A DNA stretch of 64,000 nucleotides from Octopus bimaculoides. Lineage: Eukaryota. The DNA is taken from NCBI RefSeq assembly GCF_001194135.2, contig NC_068986.1, positions 11,466,959-11,530,958 on the forward strand, read 5' to 3'. The notes under the pieces are model-generated. The model was not told the origin of the DNA. It saw nothing but the letters and a program-made list of their open reading frames with translations, and did not search any database. Position 1 is the first letter of the stretch, and the number at the start of each line of letters is the position of its first letter. Positions 1 through 12,560 of this stretch are shown here, piece after piece. A program made the translations under genes and the position numbers.

Positions 1-424
1 CCATCTGTCACCCGTTTCCACGTAAAATAATGTTTTCATGGCAGATTGAAAATGAAGGACACTACTTTTTAACACTGCAACAAGAAGACACCCACATGCA
101 CACACGCACCCGTTTTCTTTCAGTTTCTGTTTACCAAATTCACCCACAGGGCTTTGGTCGATCCAAGTCTATACCAGAAGACACCTGCTCAAGGTGCCAT
201 ACAGTAGGACTAGACCCAGGACGAAATGGTTTGGAAGCAAGCCCATTAACCACACACACACACACATACACACACATACACACACACACACACACTTAAT
301 AACTTAATATTTCTATATAAGTTTTCCTATCTACCCTAATTTACACTAGTAAATTCAAAAGTAGTGTATGAAGAAACAGCGTTAGAAATCTTATGAAATT
401 ACTCCAGTAAAAAGGACAAACTCG

Positions 425-437
425 CATCCAACCTTTT

Positions 438-491
<54 letters not shown>

Positions 492-754
492 TAAATAAAT
501 AAATAAAAGTATATTAAAAATATATATATAATATATATATATAAATCTTTTAAAAATATATATATATATAAAAATCTTTTTATATGTGTATAAATCTTTT
601 TAAAAATATGTATATATAATAAACCGTTTAAAAAATATTTATATAAAAGTATATATAATATAAACCTTTTAAAATATAAAAGTATATATAATATCTAAAC
701 CTTTTTAAAAAAGATATAGAAAAGTACATCATATATAATATATAAACTTTTTAA

Positions 755-755
<1 letters not shown>
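425..755. repeat. AT-only low-complexity region with imperfect ~30-bp units (AAATCTTTTAAAAATATATATAT)
   Basis: Recurrent AAA(T/C)CTTTTAAAA spaced by (TA)n. Confidence 0.7.
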
Positions 756-795
<40 letters not shown>

Positions 796-1698
796 ACGCA
801 TTCATCTGGTGAAGATTCACTTTATACTTAATATCAAATGTATATATTGTAATATTTTTTATATTGTAGTTTCTGCATTATGAAAGTTTGGTTAATTTAT
901 ATAGGAAATGTGGTCTCTTGTTTTGACCTTGCAACAATTTTTGCAAAATCTTTTATGTTATTTTTGGGTGTATTCAACTTTAAGTTAATAATCAATAAGC
1001 CAGTGAACTATAAACAAATGAAGGCAAGTTTAATTGCAGCTAGTGTTTAAGACAAAACATAATATTTAAAATAGCATTATACTGTTAACTGCTCATCTAT
1101 ATATATATATATGATCCTCAGCATTAAGGATCCTCACACCTTAACTAAATGGAATTTCTCTCATTATTAGAGAAACAGCAAAAATTTTGTTTTAAGTTTG
1201 TTTTTGTTGACTTTGGTGACTTTTCACCAATTTTGGTTGCTTCTATCGTTCGTCTGGCCCTTTTAATACCAATCTGCTTTAGGCCAACCCTGGTTCAATG
1301 GTACAAAACTTTGTGATCTAAATTAGAACATTCCACTAAAATTTCATGTTATTTTGCAAACAATTAATAATAAAAATTGTTATTAATTGTTTGTAAAATA
1401 ATGTGAAAATTTTTTTTTTCTTTCTAAATTCTTTATATTCCAAATTATTTGAAACAAAGGCAGTTTATTTCAACAGGAATTTGGTAACAAAAATGTTAAT
1501 TCTTTTCCTCTTACTTTGAAATGGTAATTTGGGTTACCATTTGAATTCTTGCAAACTCTTGACTCCTGGATTGTGCTTTATAATTTCATCTCACTGGCTA
1601 AAACCTGCAATAATTTCTGTTCCATAAATTTTTTAGAATATATGCATATGTGAGTGGAGTGGAGTGGATGTCTTCATGAATGGATGTGTGCATGTGTA

Positions 1699-1869
1699 AA
1701 CCATATTTGCTTGTGTATAAGTTACACCCCTTATTTAGTGCTATATCATGGTACAAATTCTTTTTCCATCATAGTATTAGCTTTGCTCCATGTATAAAGT
1801 TGCACCCCAGTTTTTTTCAGTAAAAACAAGTACAAAATATGCAACTAATATTCAAGTAAATAAGGTTAT
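1699..1869. mobile_element. Decayed Tc1/mariner-superfamily (Tc2/pogo-like) MITE
   Basis: Imperfect TIRs ACCATATTTGCTTGTGTATAAGTTACA / TGCAACTAATATTCAAGTAAATAAGGT with TA-like flanks. Confidence 0.5.
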
Positions 1870-2360
1870 TTAGCCGATTTCTAATATTCTAATCCCATAG
1901 TTGTTTAGAAACAGTTGAAATAGCTAAATGCTCATCTTCATTCATATTTAGTCTCTAAAATAATTCTCCTACCGTCTTTTTTTTATATATATTTTTTTTT
2001 CTCGCTATGAATGCCAATGTTCTAAATATTTCAATTGCCAACTAAATACAAGCCAGTAGAAGCTGAAGAAAAAGAAAACCTGTAGATTGTACACCCTACC
2101 TGTGAACAAAACTGAGTGTGCAGATAGATAATTTAAAGATACACACATTATTTTCTTGACTAGCTATTTCTGAAATTATTAGTGAATTTTGGCAGAATTG
2201 TTGGAACATTGGAATGAATGCTTAGACGCATTTCTTCTGGCTCTTTTACATTCTGAGTTCAAATCCTGCTGAGGTCAACATTGCCATTCATCTCTGGGGT
2301 TGATGAAATTAAGTACCATTCAAATACTGGTATTCATTAACCCACCTCTATTACTATTGC

Positions 2361-2835
2361 TATTAAAGCAGGAAGCTGGCAGAATTGTTAGCATGCCGGG
2401 CAAAATGCTTAGCGGTATTTTGTCTGCTGTTATATTCTGAGTTCAAATTCCACTGAGGTTGACTTTGCCTTTCACCCTTTCGAGGTCAATTAAGTACTAG
2501 TTACGAGCTGGTGTCGGTGTAATTGACTAAACCCCTTCCCCCAAATTCGAGGCCTTGTGGTCCCAGTAGAAAGGATTATTATTATTATTATTATCATCAT
2601 CATCATCATTATTATTATTAAGACAGCAAGCTGGCAGAATCGTTAGCATGTCGGACGAAATGCTTAGCAGTATTTCACCCTTCGCTATGTCTTAGTTCAA
2701 ATTTCTCTAAGGTCAACTTTGCCTTTCATCCTTTCAGGGTCAATAAATTGAGTACCAGTTGAGTACTGGGGTCGATGTGATCGACTGTCTCCCTACCCAC
2801 AAAATCCAGGCCTTTTGCCTATAGTAGAAAAGATT
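2361..2835 (+). mobile_element. Two tandem copies of the GAGCTGGCAGAA SINE family in an (ATT)n/(CAT)n tract. More than 20 other copies, e.g. 10330-10750(-), 13325-13540, 19480-19900(-), 20601-20812, 25455-25635(-), 45800-46190, 50795-51003, 53820-54490, 61190-61390
   Basis: Shared head AGCTGGCAGAATCGTTAGCA, B box GAGTTCAAATT, central GACTTTGCCTTTCATCCTTT-GGGGTCGATAAAATAAGTACCAG (resembles the Meta/MESC SINE domain from memory), and tail GGCCTTGTGCC...GGATTATTATT. Confidence 0.85.
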
Positions 2836-2873
2836 ATTATTATTATTAGACATTGTCATTTTATACCTTAACT

Positions 2874-3126
2874 CAGTAGTTCACAACTAGGATCCATATG
2901 GACCCTTGGGAGTCCAGATACGATTTTGTTGTTGAAATTTATGTGACATAAATTGGCCTAGTTATTTTAACCATATTCTAACAATTTTTTTATACAATTC
3001 CTATTAATATTTAATTCTAAAAATATAATAGGATTTTATTTAAACATCAAATGGCTATGAGGGTCCAGTAGAATAGAATAAGAATTAAAGGGGTCATTGG
3101 GCAAAAAAGGGTTTTGAGAAACGCTG
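2874..3126. mobile_element. hAT (Charlie-like) MITE. Relatives at 15177-15430, 24085-24465, 33000-33585 (SINE-interrupted)
   Basis: TIR CAGT(G/A)GTTC(T)CAAC / GTTGAGAAACGCTG. 8-bp TSD-like flanks CCTTAACT/TTTTAACT here and TTCTAAAG/CCCTAAAG at 15177-15430. Confidence 0.75.
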
Positions 3127-4613
3127 TTTTAACTAAAAACATTATGTATTATAGTGTATTTGTGCCCGTGTGTGTGTGTTTCTCCAAAGTTATGCAAAAA
3201 CGATTTTTATCCTGTTTTACAAGGTTTTCTTTTGTGACTATTTTACAATGTGAAATAATAATAATTATTATTATTATTATTATTATTAACTAGTATCTAC
3301 CTGTGGAAAATTCACAGGTGATAAATATTCAGTTTTATAGTAAATTGCTTTGAAAAGAATTCATTGAATATAATATAATCCTCTTTATCGTTTAATAAAA
3401 ACAACAAAATATACTTACAGATATGTATGTGTATATGTGTGCGCATGCATGCACACACATGTTCAATTTATAAATGGATAGTGAAACTTATGTACGTTTC
3501 TGTTCAGTTTTCAACTTGAATAGACTGGATGTTTCCACAAAATATAGTGAAAGTAACAGCTAGATATATTTCCTTGAAATTCAGACATTGTGAAAGTGTG
3601 GTGACAGCTAAATTAACTTTGATGTGCACACACATCAGAACTGGTGATGGATAAAGAGATGGGTGAGAAACATAATTAATATTTAGTACATAAAGTAGTG
3701 AATCTTATAAGATGAACAGGTTTTAATCTAACTTAATCCAGCTTGAGTTTTCTCTGTTTTGAGTAACAAGTTATTTGACTAATTTTGCCTTTCATTGACA
3801 ACTTAATAATAATAAAATCATCATTGTTGTCGTTTAATGTCTGCTTTCCATGCTGGCATGGGTTGGACGGTTTGACTGAGGACTGGTGAGCCAGAAAGCT
3901 GCACCAGGCTCAATCTGATCTGGCAAAGTTTCTACTGCTGGATGCCCTTCCTAACGCCAACCTCTCTGAAAGTGTGGTGGGTGCTTTTACATGCCACTGA
4001 CATGAGGTTCTGGCAACAACCACGCTCAAAAGGTGTTTTTTACATACTACCTGCACGGGAGCCAGTCTGGCGGCACTGGCAATGACCACGCTTGAATGTT
4101 ATTTTTCATGTGCCACCGGCACATGTGCTGGTAAGGCAACTATCATGCTTGAATGGTGCTTTTTACATGCATATTTAAAATTTAATATACATGATGGTGT
4201 AAAAAGCTGAACTGGGAGAATGTAAAGACAACATATTTTTAATTTAAAGTTTGTGAATAAAAACTTTATATTATTTTTGGGAAATATTCGAGTATTGATT
4301 ATATATTTTAAATATATTTAGAAATGTGAAGCAGGGATGGAGCAGGGCAGGTGATATTTTGATTTCAATCAAAATTATCACATCCAGTTTCTGCCGATAA
4401 ACCCGATATGGTGTTGTAAAATATCTTTTCTAGCTGACCTAGTCATAATTTTGTACACAGATTTACCTTTAACAAATTTTAAAAACCATATTCCTTTTGT
4501 ATTTCAACAGAAATATGGTTTTCAAAAATGCCTGTTTTCAATTAATTTTTGAAAATAATTAAGACTTTAGGAAGATAACTTTGTCATTATTAAGCTGATG
4601 TTTAGAACATAAA

Positions 4614-4824
4614 TTAAACATTGAGCTTTTAAACTAACCAAATATTGTTTCAAGCTCAAACTGATGAGATCTGGCCTCTCCTGCCTACCTTACACTGTCA
4701 TTCTAAAAATATGCAATCACATCAATGAAGTCGCAAAGCTATCAGATAATCTACGATGAATTCAAAATAATGTGAATAAATAAGTATTACATTTGGCAGA
4801 GTAATTTGAATGTGAACGGATTAA
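4614..4824. mobile_element. Second TTAA MITE family nested in the first. Copies at 16485-16692, 38740-38915, 45040-45240, 45405-45600
   Basis: TTAA duplicated at 4614-4617 and 4821-4824. The host element reads through (ATAAATTAA|CATGGAATTTT) when the insert is removed. The best copies end GCTAAAGGGTTAA. Confidence 0.75.
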
Positions 4825-7800
4825 CATGGAATTTTCATGGAAGGTTTTAGTTTCGATCAGTTCAAAACAGGAAGTTTGTATTGTAGATCCAGGGATGGTC
4901 ACAAATGGATTGGCATCAAAAGCATTTTCCCTATGGAACATATTTGTACTGGTTATTTTGTCCTAAATTTATATTTGCATCCATGTTGAAGCACGCTTTA
5001 TTGTGTATTTCTTTGTCAGAATAAAACTCTTCATTTCTATTGTTCTAGTGACAGTTTAACTCTGTGTGTGTGTGTGTGTGTCTGTGTGTCTGTGTGTCTG
5101 TGTGTGTCTGTGTGTCTGTGTGTGTGTGTGTGTGTTGTAGTCTAGGGCTTAAGTTTCAGGTTACTTTCTTCCTATTGCACTGTTCCAAAGGAACAACTGT
5201 ACAACAGAAATGATGCCCAAAGTTTTTGTTTCAAACTTCATTTTCCTAATAACAAATCCACTTCATAAACAAATGAGTTTCTCAATATTTTTGTAGTTGC
5301 TGTCTTTTATATCCTTCATCCATCTCCTACTCTTTCTTAATGCTCAGTGTATAAACTTTCCAAGAATTTAAGCACTGCTTACCAGAGTGCCTGCTCTGAA
5401 CAACTTTGAAAACAAAGAAACTAACAAGAAAAATCTCCTCTTCCTCAATATTGCCTCCCTCCCCCACCCCCACCACTGCCAACTATATTGTTTCTTATTA
5501 CATCAGTGTTTTCTCTTCAACAGCTATACGTTTCACTACTGGCTATGTATGACTAGACAACTGGAGTTTTAGTACATGTTATTGGTGTAACAAATTCTTC
5601 CACTGTATTCCCCCCCCCCAAAAAAAACAAGCAAATCTCTTTATTACATTTCTGGGTGTGTCTTCTCCACCCACCCCACACCACTCCAATCCCCAGGTGA
5701 TTCTGTTATCAAAAAGGGTTAAGGGCACAATGTCAGCAGCAGACCTGAAAGGTTGTCCTTTGAACCAGTAGATGTACGCATTTTTTCTGTTTCTACACAA
5801 ACACTCCACAGTATTGTGTTATGTGTCTGGTTGTATATTTTGTTAGTTGATAATGCTGTACGGATACTACTAACTGGTTTTTATTGGTAATATCAGAATG
5901 TATTATTTGCTGTAGGTCAACTTGATCCTTGATGGGTTTTCTGGAAAACTCGATATGGTGTTTGAAATGGTCTTTAGCATCAAGCTTGGGTTGATCAAAG
6001 AATATTTATATACTAAGTATGAGTAAAAAATATAGGGTGGGTGTGTGTGTGTAGATGTTGCTGGGGAGTGGAGAAGTTTGCTTTACAACTGGATGGTTTC
6101 AAGTTCAGTCCCACTGCATGGCACCTTGGGCAAGCATTTTCTGCTATAATTTTGGGCTGACCAAAGTCTTGTGAGTGTATTTGGTAGATGGTAACCAAAA
6201 GAACCTGCGATGTAGATATTGAAACTGAAACTAAGTATCTGAGTATTATGTTTGTCACTGCAAACCTCAGGTGGGATTGCAATAGATTGGTGACAAGAGG
6301 AGCATCCAACTGTAGGAAATCTCCTTCAATAAACTCCATCCAACCCATGTGAGCACAGAAAAGTGAACACTAAAATTATGATGATGATGATGTGTGTGAG
6401 AAATAAAAAATGAGTATTGAGTGGAGTGGACTTTGGACATTTTTCATGTTTTCTGTTTTCTATGTATTTTGTATTTGTGGCCAAATTTTAGTCTAAAAAT
6501 AGTTTTAATGAAATATTAACAATAGATTAGCATATATGCGACCAAGTTGTTCCATTAAAAGCACTAATATCATTGTATCGAAATTTGAACATTAGCGAGT
6601 AGTGGTTACAGTTTTATGTTTGATAAAGCGTTCTTGGACAATGTGATGGTTACATAATTTAATTTATTTCTAAGTCTGTTACAAGCCCAGTAAGCTTTGG
6701 AGTTGCATTAACCAATCTCAATATTTTCATCTTAGTCTATTATGCTAAGCTAAAATATATGATCTCTCTTCCTCTCTTTCATACAAGTAAAATACAACCT
6801 CAAGTAGATGCTACTTCCTATGGTCTACGTTATTAGTTTTTCCTGCAACCCACTAAACAATATAAGGATTAGAGAAAATTACACAATAGAAAAATGATAT
6901 TGAAAAGTCTGTAAAAGCTTAGTTCTTTGAAATTAGAATCTAAATATTTGTAAAAATAATTGTACTGTTGCTAATAAAGATGCAATTATATCTTTTAAAG
7001 ACCTCTAATAGTGTTATGGTTGTACTGTGATATAGTTTGTTTTACATTTTAAAATGGCAGGAGGAATGATATGTACACATATCATCATCATCATCATCAT
7101 CATCATATATAATTATACACATTACTTGTTTCAGTCATTAGACTCCAACCATGCTGGGGCACCGCCTTGAATAACTTTTGGTCTCTTTGCTGAACCACTA
7201 AGTTACAAGGATGTAAACACACCAATACAGGTTGTCAAGCAGTAGTGGGGGACAAAATAAACACACACATATGTGCATGCAATAAGTTTCTTTCAGCTTT
7301 TGTCTACCAAATCCACTCCCAAGGCTTTGGTCAACCCGAGGCTTATAGTAGAAGACACACCCAAGGTACCATGTCGTAATACTGAACCCAGAACCATGGG
7401 GTTGGGAAGCAAGTTTCTTACCAGACAGTCATTTCATTCTTTTTTTTTTTTTTTTTTTTTTTTAAATGAACCTTTGGTACGCAAAAGCTGGATTTGCCCT
7501 TCAGTCTCAGAAAATGTATTGAAGAGACAATCATTTCTATATAGTCATGGTCTGATTTTCATTAAGTCTGGACATTGATGTGTAACTCGTTCAAAACATG
7601 ATTACAAAATATTGCCTGTATTGCCTTCATAGTTGTTTTTTATTTATTTATTTATTATTATTTTTTTTTTACTGTTCTCAGTATTTCTAAGAACAGAGTA
7701 GACACTTTCAGTTTCATGTCTTTCTTCCATGAACCTCACAACTCATATCTTCACATCTTCAAAAAAGAAAGAAAAAAAGAATGCATTGAACACACAAAAC

Positions 7801-9523
7801 TTTAAGATGATTTATAGCCATCACATTGTTTGCTTTTGTTACATCTTAGAGAGAGCCTTGTGGTTAGGCTGCACTCATGATCACAAAACAAACCAAGTGG
7901 TGTGTTGTACTCTTGAGCAGAATACTTCATTTCATGTTACTCCAGTCCACTCAACTGCAAACAAGTAACTCTGCAATGGACTGGCACCCCATTCAGGAGG
8001 CTATGCTGTGATCTTGGTCATGCACACACATCCCTTCAAAGCTTGGTGACTGGTCCTATGAGTCCTTGGGCTTGTAGACAGTAATGCCCAGTGGGCTTTA
8101 CTTTTTTTTTATCCCTTAAGGGAAGGGGAACAGAATTAGTCTCTCCCTGATTTTGAACTCACATTACTAAGACATTGAACTGCTCCTCTGGAAATTGTTG
8201 TTCTGGCTAATTAACTTCTGCTCTATGATAACAATTATGATTGTTTCTAACATAAACAGCAGGGCCTGAAATATCAGGGAAGGGGAATTGGTCAATAAAA
8301 CTGACTCCATTGTTTGACTTGATCAACCTTGAAAGGAAGGAAGGCAAAGTGGAATTGAAACGTGATGAATCAGAACAATTATTGTAATGCTTTACTGATT
8401 CAGCCAATCCACAATTAATTAGTGACATTTGAACTTGGAAAAAGCCAGAAGAAATGCTGCTAAGCACAGCTTAGCATTTTGTCTGGCATCCTAACAATTC
8501 TGTCAGCTTGACACCAACAACAATAAGTTGTCAGGCTGTCTGTACTGATTGCTGTGGGTTTCCCACTGGTGGTAGCATCTCAGTGAAGCAAAGCGACGTC
8601 AGCCTTCCAAAGACCTCTATATCAATGCATCAAGAAATGTGAACTATTGATGTAGAAATCTGGTTGTGTAAATAGGGGTTTCAATGTTGAATTAAGTGAT
8701 AGAAATTGAAGAACTCTTTTCCTTCCATTTGTGATTCCAAGGAATGTCTTAAAACCTTAAATCCACTCCTTTACAGGATGACTTGGATGTGTCTACCTTG
8801 CTGACTTCAGTGGTAGATGTACTCTGACCTGGGTAGTAAGTGTGTCCCATTGGTTCAGATAGTATGACTCAGAGGGACTATGTAACTTCAGGTTGTATGT
8901 GTACCTTTAATGGCTCAGATGATATCTGTACCTTTAATGGCTCAGGTGGCTTCTGTACTGGAGTGAGGGCATCAAGATGATTACAAAGTAATAACTGACT
9001 TGTAACTTTGGTGGAAGAACACACATTTGTTGTATGAGAAGGGGTATAACTGATTTAATAAACCCCAATACCTGACTGGTATACATTTTAACGACTCTGG
9101 AGTGATAAAAAGCAAAATTGTGATTATTATTTTTGCTTACACATGAGACACTTTCTGTAAAAATGGATTTATTACAGAATCTCCATTAATGTGCATTTGT
9201 TGAAATTATCGAAAGAACTCATACATGGTTGCCTAGCCATCATCATCATCATTTAAGGTCCATTTTCCATGGTGGCATGGGTTGGATGGTTTTATCAGAG
9301 CTGGTAAGGCTGCGGCCACCCCGGGCTCTGTTGTCTGTTTTGGTAGGGTTTCTATGGCTGGATGCCCTTCTTAATGCCAATCACTTCACAGAGAATACTG
9401 TGTGCTTTTTATGTGGCACCAGTACTGAAGTTAAAGAGGGATGAGCTTATTGGATAATGTAGTTCCTAGATACGTTTGGTTAATTGTTGTTTGTTCTGTA
9501 GATTTTGTTGGTACCCAACCAGA

Positions 9524-9558
<35 letters not shown>

Positions 9559-9879
9559 ATGCACACACATGTGGTTGTATATAAAAAAAAGCATTTCAAA
9601 AAATTTAATGGATGTATTTCCACAATTATTCCTTCCTCCTTGCATACACAGGTATGATGACAACACCAACAGACAAGTGTGTGTGTGTGCTGAAGAAGCT
9701 CAGAGAATCACTGGTTAGCCATCAAAATTTGAATCAGTGATCTAGTTGTTTGTTGCTAATGGACTGTAGTTGTAGCTATGGCATGCAAGCAGGCTAGAAG
9801 AAAAAAAAATCAAAAAATCAATACGTACACATCTCTCTCTCTCATAGTGAAATCTAGCTATTAGGTAAATAGAAACAAG

Positions 9880-9939
9880 CGCGCGCACACACATGCACGC
9901 GTGTGTGTATGTGTGTGTTGGCAGTCCGACAAGATTTGT

Positions 9940-10019
<80 letters not shown>

Positions 10020-10050
10020 TGTGTGTGTGTGTATATATATACATATATTG
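9880..10050. repeat. Compound (CA)n/(TG)n/(TA)n microsatellite, representative of dozens in the window (also (ATT)n, (CAT)n, (CT)n, (CTT)n, (GGT)n)
   Basis: Direct inspection. These tracts generate most HTHT/CVCV/YIYI ORFs in the ORF track. Confidence 0.95.
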
Positions 10051-10784
10051 AATGATTCAATTGTTTATATGTCCCCCTTCCCTCATGACAATAATAATGT
10101 ATGTCGTGAAAAATGGCAGTGTTGGACTAAATACTTTGCAGAGAATTTAGTTATGTGGATGTTGTGAGTTCAAATACCACAGAGGTCTACTCTGCACTTC
10201 GTTTCCAGAGTAGCAAAAGGTACCAGCCAAACCAACTATGGAGGTTGATTAATTAATTTATATACCCCCTCCAAAACATAAGACCTTCCTACGCAGTTAA
10301 TAGTAATAATAATGATGATGATGATAATAATAGATAATGGTTTCAAATTTTGGCACAAGGCCAGTAAGCTTGGGGGAAGGGGTTGGGTTGATTACTGGTA
10401 CTTATTTTATTGACCCTGAAAGAATGAGAGGCATAGTTGACCTTGGTGGAATTTGAACTTTGAATGTCGTGATGGATGAAATAATGCAAAGTATTTTGCC
10501 CTGCATGCTAACAATTCTGTCAGCTCAAGAATGATAATTTGTCCTCTGACAGCTTGCCATCTTAATGTAAAATAATAATAATAATAATGGTTTCAAATTT
10601 TGGCACAAGGCCAGCAATTTCAGGAGAGGGGTAGGTCGATTACATTGGCCCCGGTATTCAATTGGTACTTATTTTATTGATTCCAAGAGGATGAAAGGCA
10701 AAGTCAACCTTGGACTTGAACTTGAAACGATTCTGCCAGCTCACCACCTTAATAATGATAATTATATAAAAGATCAGTGGCTAT

Positions 10785-10829
10785 CGGATGCCGACGAAGG
10801 GAAATAACCCTGAAACCCGGGTCCGTTCG
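10785..10829 (+). ncRNA. Hammerhead-like motif of a second, unrelated family (variant core)
   Basis: CGGAUG-CCGACGA-AGGG(AAAUAA)CCCU-GAAA-CCCGG-GUC/CGUUCG. Palindromic ACCCGGGU stem III, 6-bp stem I with two G.U. Deviations: U4->C and an A-U pair closing stem II. Confidence 0.55.
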
Positions 10830-12244
10830 TGCTACAGATCATGATGAGAGGGATAACTTCCCTTGGCAAACAGGACACAGTAGTGTGTCGATAAGCCAGC
10901 TGGAGGAGATGTCCTCCTGGGGCTAAAAGCAACAGTAACATCCACCCCTAGGGGTCAGCCACACTTAAGTGGCAATATACTTCACTTTATCGTGCAGTTA
11001 CTGTTAATACTTCATTTAGAGAATTAACATTGCTTATATAAAAGAAATTATCATTCTTCTTGTTGTTGATGACAGGTGAGTTGGTGCTAACTGTAAAATG
11101 GTTTTACTCCAATGCTAGCAACTTTTGTGTTTTTCCATTGCCAATAATCTAGAAACCAGTGATATACTCGTACCAAATCAATCAAATTTAGATCACTTCC
11201 CTGCAAAAATTGGCCTTCTGCCTGGTCAAAAGAAGAAGAAAAAAAAATCATTATCATTGTTGCTCATCATCATCAGCTTCCTCCTCTTCCTCCTCCTCCT
11301 CCTCATCAAAGGCTGTGCAAATAAATGGAAGCAAGGGTTGAATGGAGTATTTCAGAATTTAATAACAACTCATAAAATAAAATAAAATATTTCCTATTTT
11401 CTCCTTCCATAATAATAACTACACTGTTATATTTTGACACAAATGGTGATTGTTAATGCATACTGGCTGTTGCTATAGTAACTGAATGTCTAGCAGTGAC
11501 CTAGATATTAATGCCTCCTAAACCCTGCTTNNNNNNNNNNAATGCAGTTATTTGATTAATATGTATTTCTTTCATATACGTCTTAGCTATATGCAAGCAG
11601 ACAGACACACGGGCACTGCCCTTCTCCTTCGTTTAAATTTGCGTCATTATTTGTCACTGAGTTAAATCTATTAGAGACAAACTTGCACGTGTGCATTCTT
11701 ACACATATGGGCACACACAGAGACAGATTTCTACTTTGAAGTGTGTGTGTGTGTGTTGTCTTACCCTTGTCATGTGCTTATTTAGTTTTCCTTCATGATA
11801 TACAAATCTGATGTACTTCAATAAATCATCGTCATCATCGTTTAACATCCATTTTTCCATGCTGGCATGGGTTGGATGGTTTGACTGGGGTCTGGGAAGT
11901 CAAGACGCTGCATCAGGCTCCAATCTGATATGGCAGTGTTTCTACAGCTGGATGCCCTTCCTAACACCAACCACTCTGAGAGTCCAGTGCGTGCTTTTTA
12001 CGTGCCACCAGCATGGAAGCCAGCTAAGGTGGTACTGACATCGGCCATGTCCGGATGGTGCTTTTTACGTGCCACCAGCATGAGGGTCACAACTACAATT
12101 TCCATTTGATTTCCATTTTGATTTTGTTATTGATGTTGATGCACTTGACTCAATAGATCTCCTCAAGTATGCCATGTTGCCCTACGATCCAAGGTACTTT
12201 TGAGTGGAGTGGTTATGTGATGCTGGTGTAGGTTACAGCTGTAA

Positions 12245-12301
<57 letters not shown>

Positions 12302-12369
12302 TTATTTATTTATTTTTTTACTCAACATTCATGACTGTAGGTGAGGATAAGCATGAAAGTTTGGCTACT

Positions 12370-12560
12370 TTAGCAACCTCTTGTCTTCTGAGGATCGGAT
12401 GCTGAAGCTGGTGCATTACTGAGTCACCTCCTAGATATTTTAGCATCCAATCCAGCCTCCTGCCTCCTATCAGTTGTGAATACGACACCTAGATATTTAA
12501 ACGTCTCCATCTATCTCAGTGCTGTTTGCAACACTTATTCCCATCCCTGTCTTGTAGCAC
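12370..12560 (-). pseudogene. RTE-clade reverse transcriptase fragment
   Basis: Minus translation ETFKYLGVVFTTDRRQEAGLDAKI* matches the RTE/Rex3 motif FKYLGVxFTxxG..E.EID.RI; contains stops. Confidence 0.7.

Noticed and set aside
3876-3900. CTGAGGA-CTGG-TGAG-CCAGAAA, a hammerhead-like string inside a SINE
   Set aside because: Other copies of the same SINE (e.g. 52165-52195) do not keep the stem or GAAA, and no stem I/III forms; a chance match.
4661-4690. CTGATGA inside a TTAA MITE; similar isolated heptamers at 31748, 47212, 47523 and 55014
   Set aside because: There is no adjacent stem II plus GAAA; the heptamer alone is expected by chance.
8600-8970. Possible decayed coding sequence with a 27-bp tandem duplication (PEPLKVQ/SEPLKVH); similar vague LINE-like traces at 13.9-14.7, 17.3-18.1, 19.1-19.4, 47.9-48.8 and 60.5-60.8 kb
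   Set aside because: They contain many stops and no motif I could assign with confidence. They are probably ancient retroelement debris and need an HMM search to classify.
9466-10167. Cys/His-rich ORFs (CVCVCV, HTHTHT)
   Set aside because: They are translations of (CA)n/(TG)n microsatellites, not metal-binding proteins.
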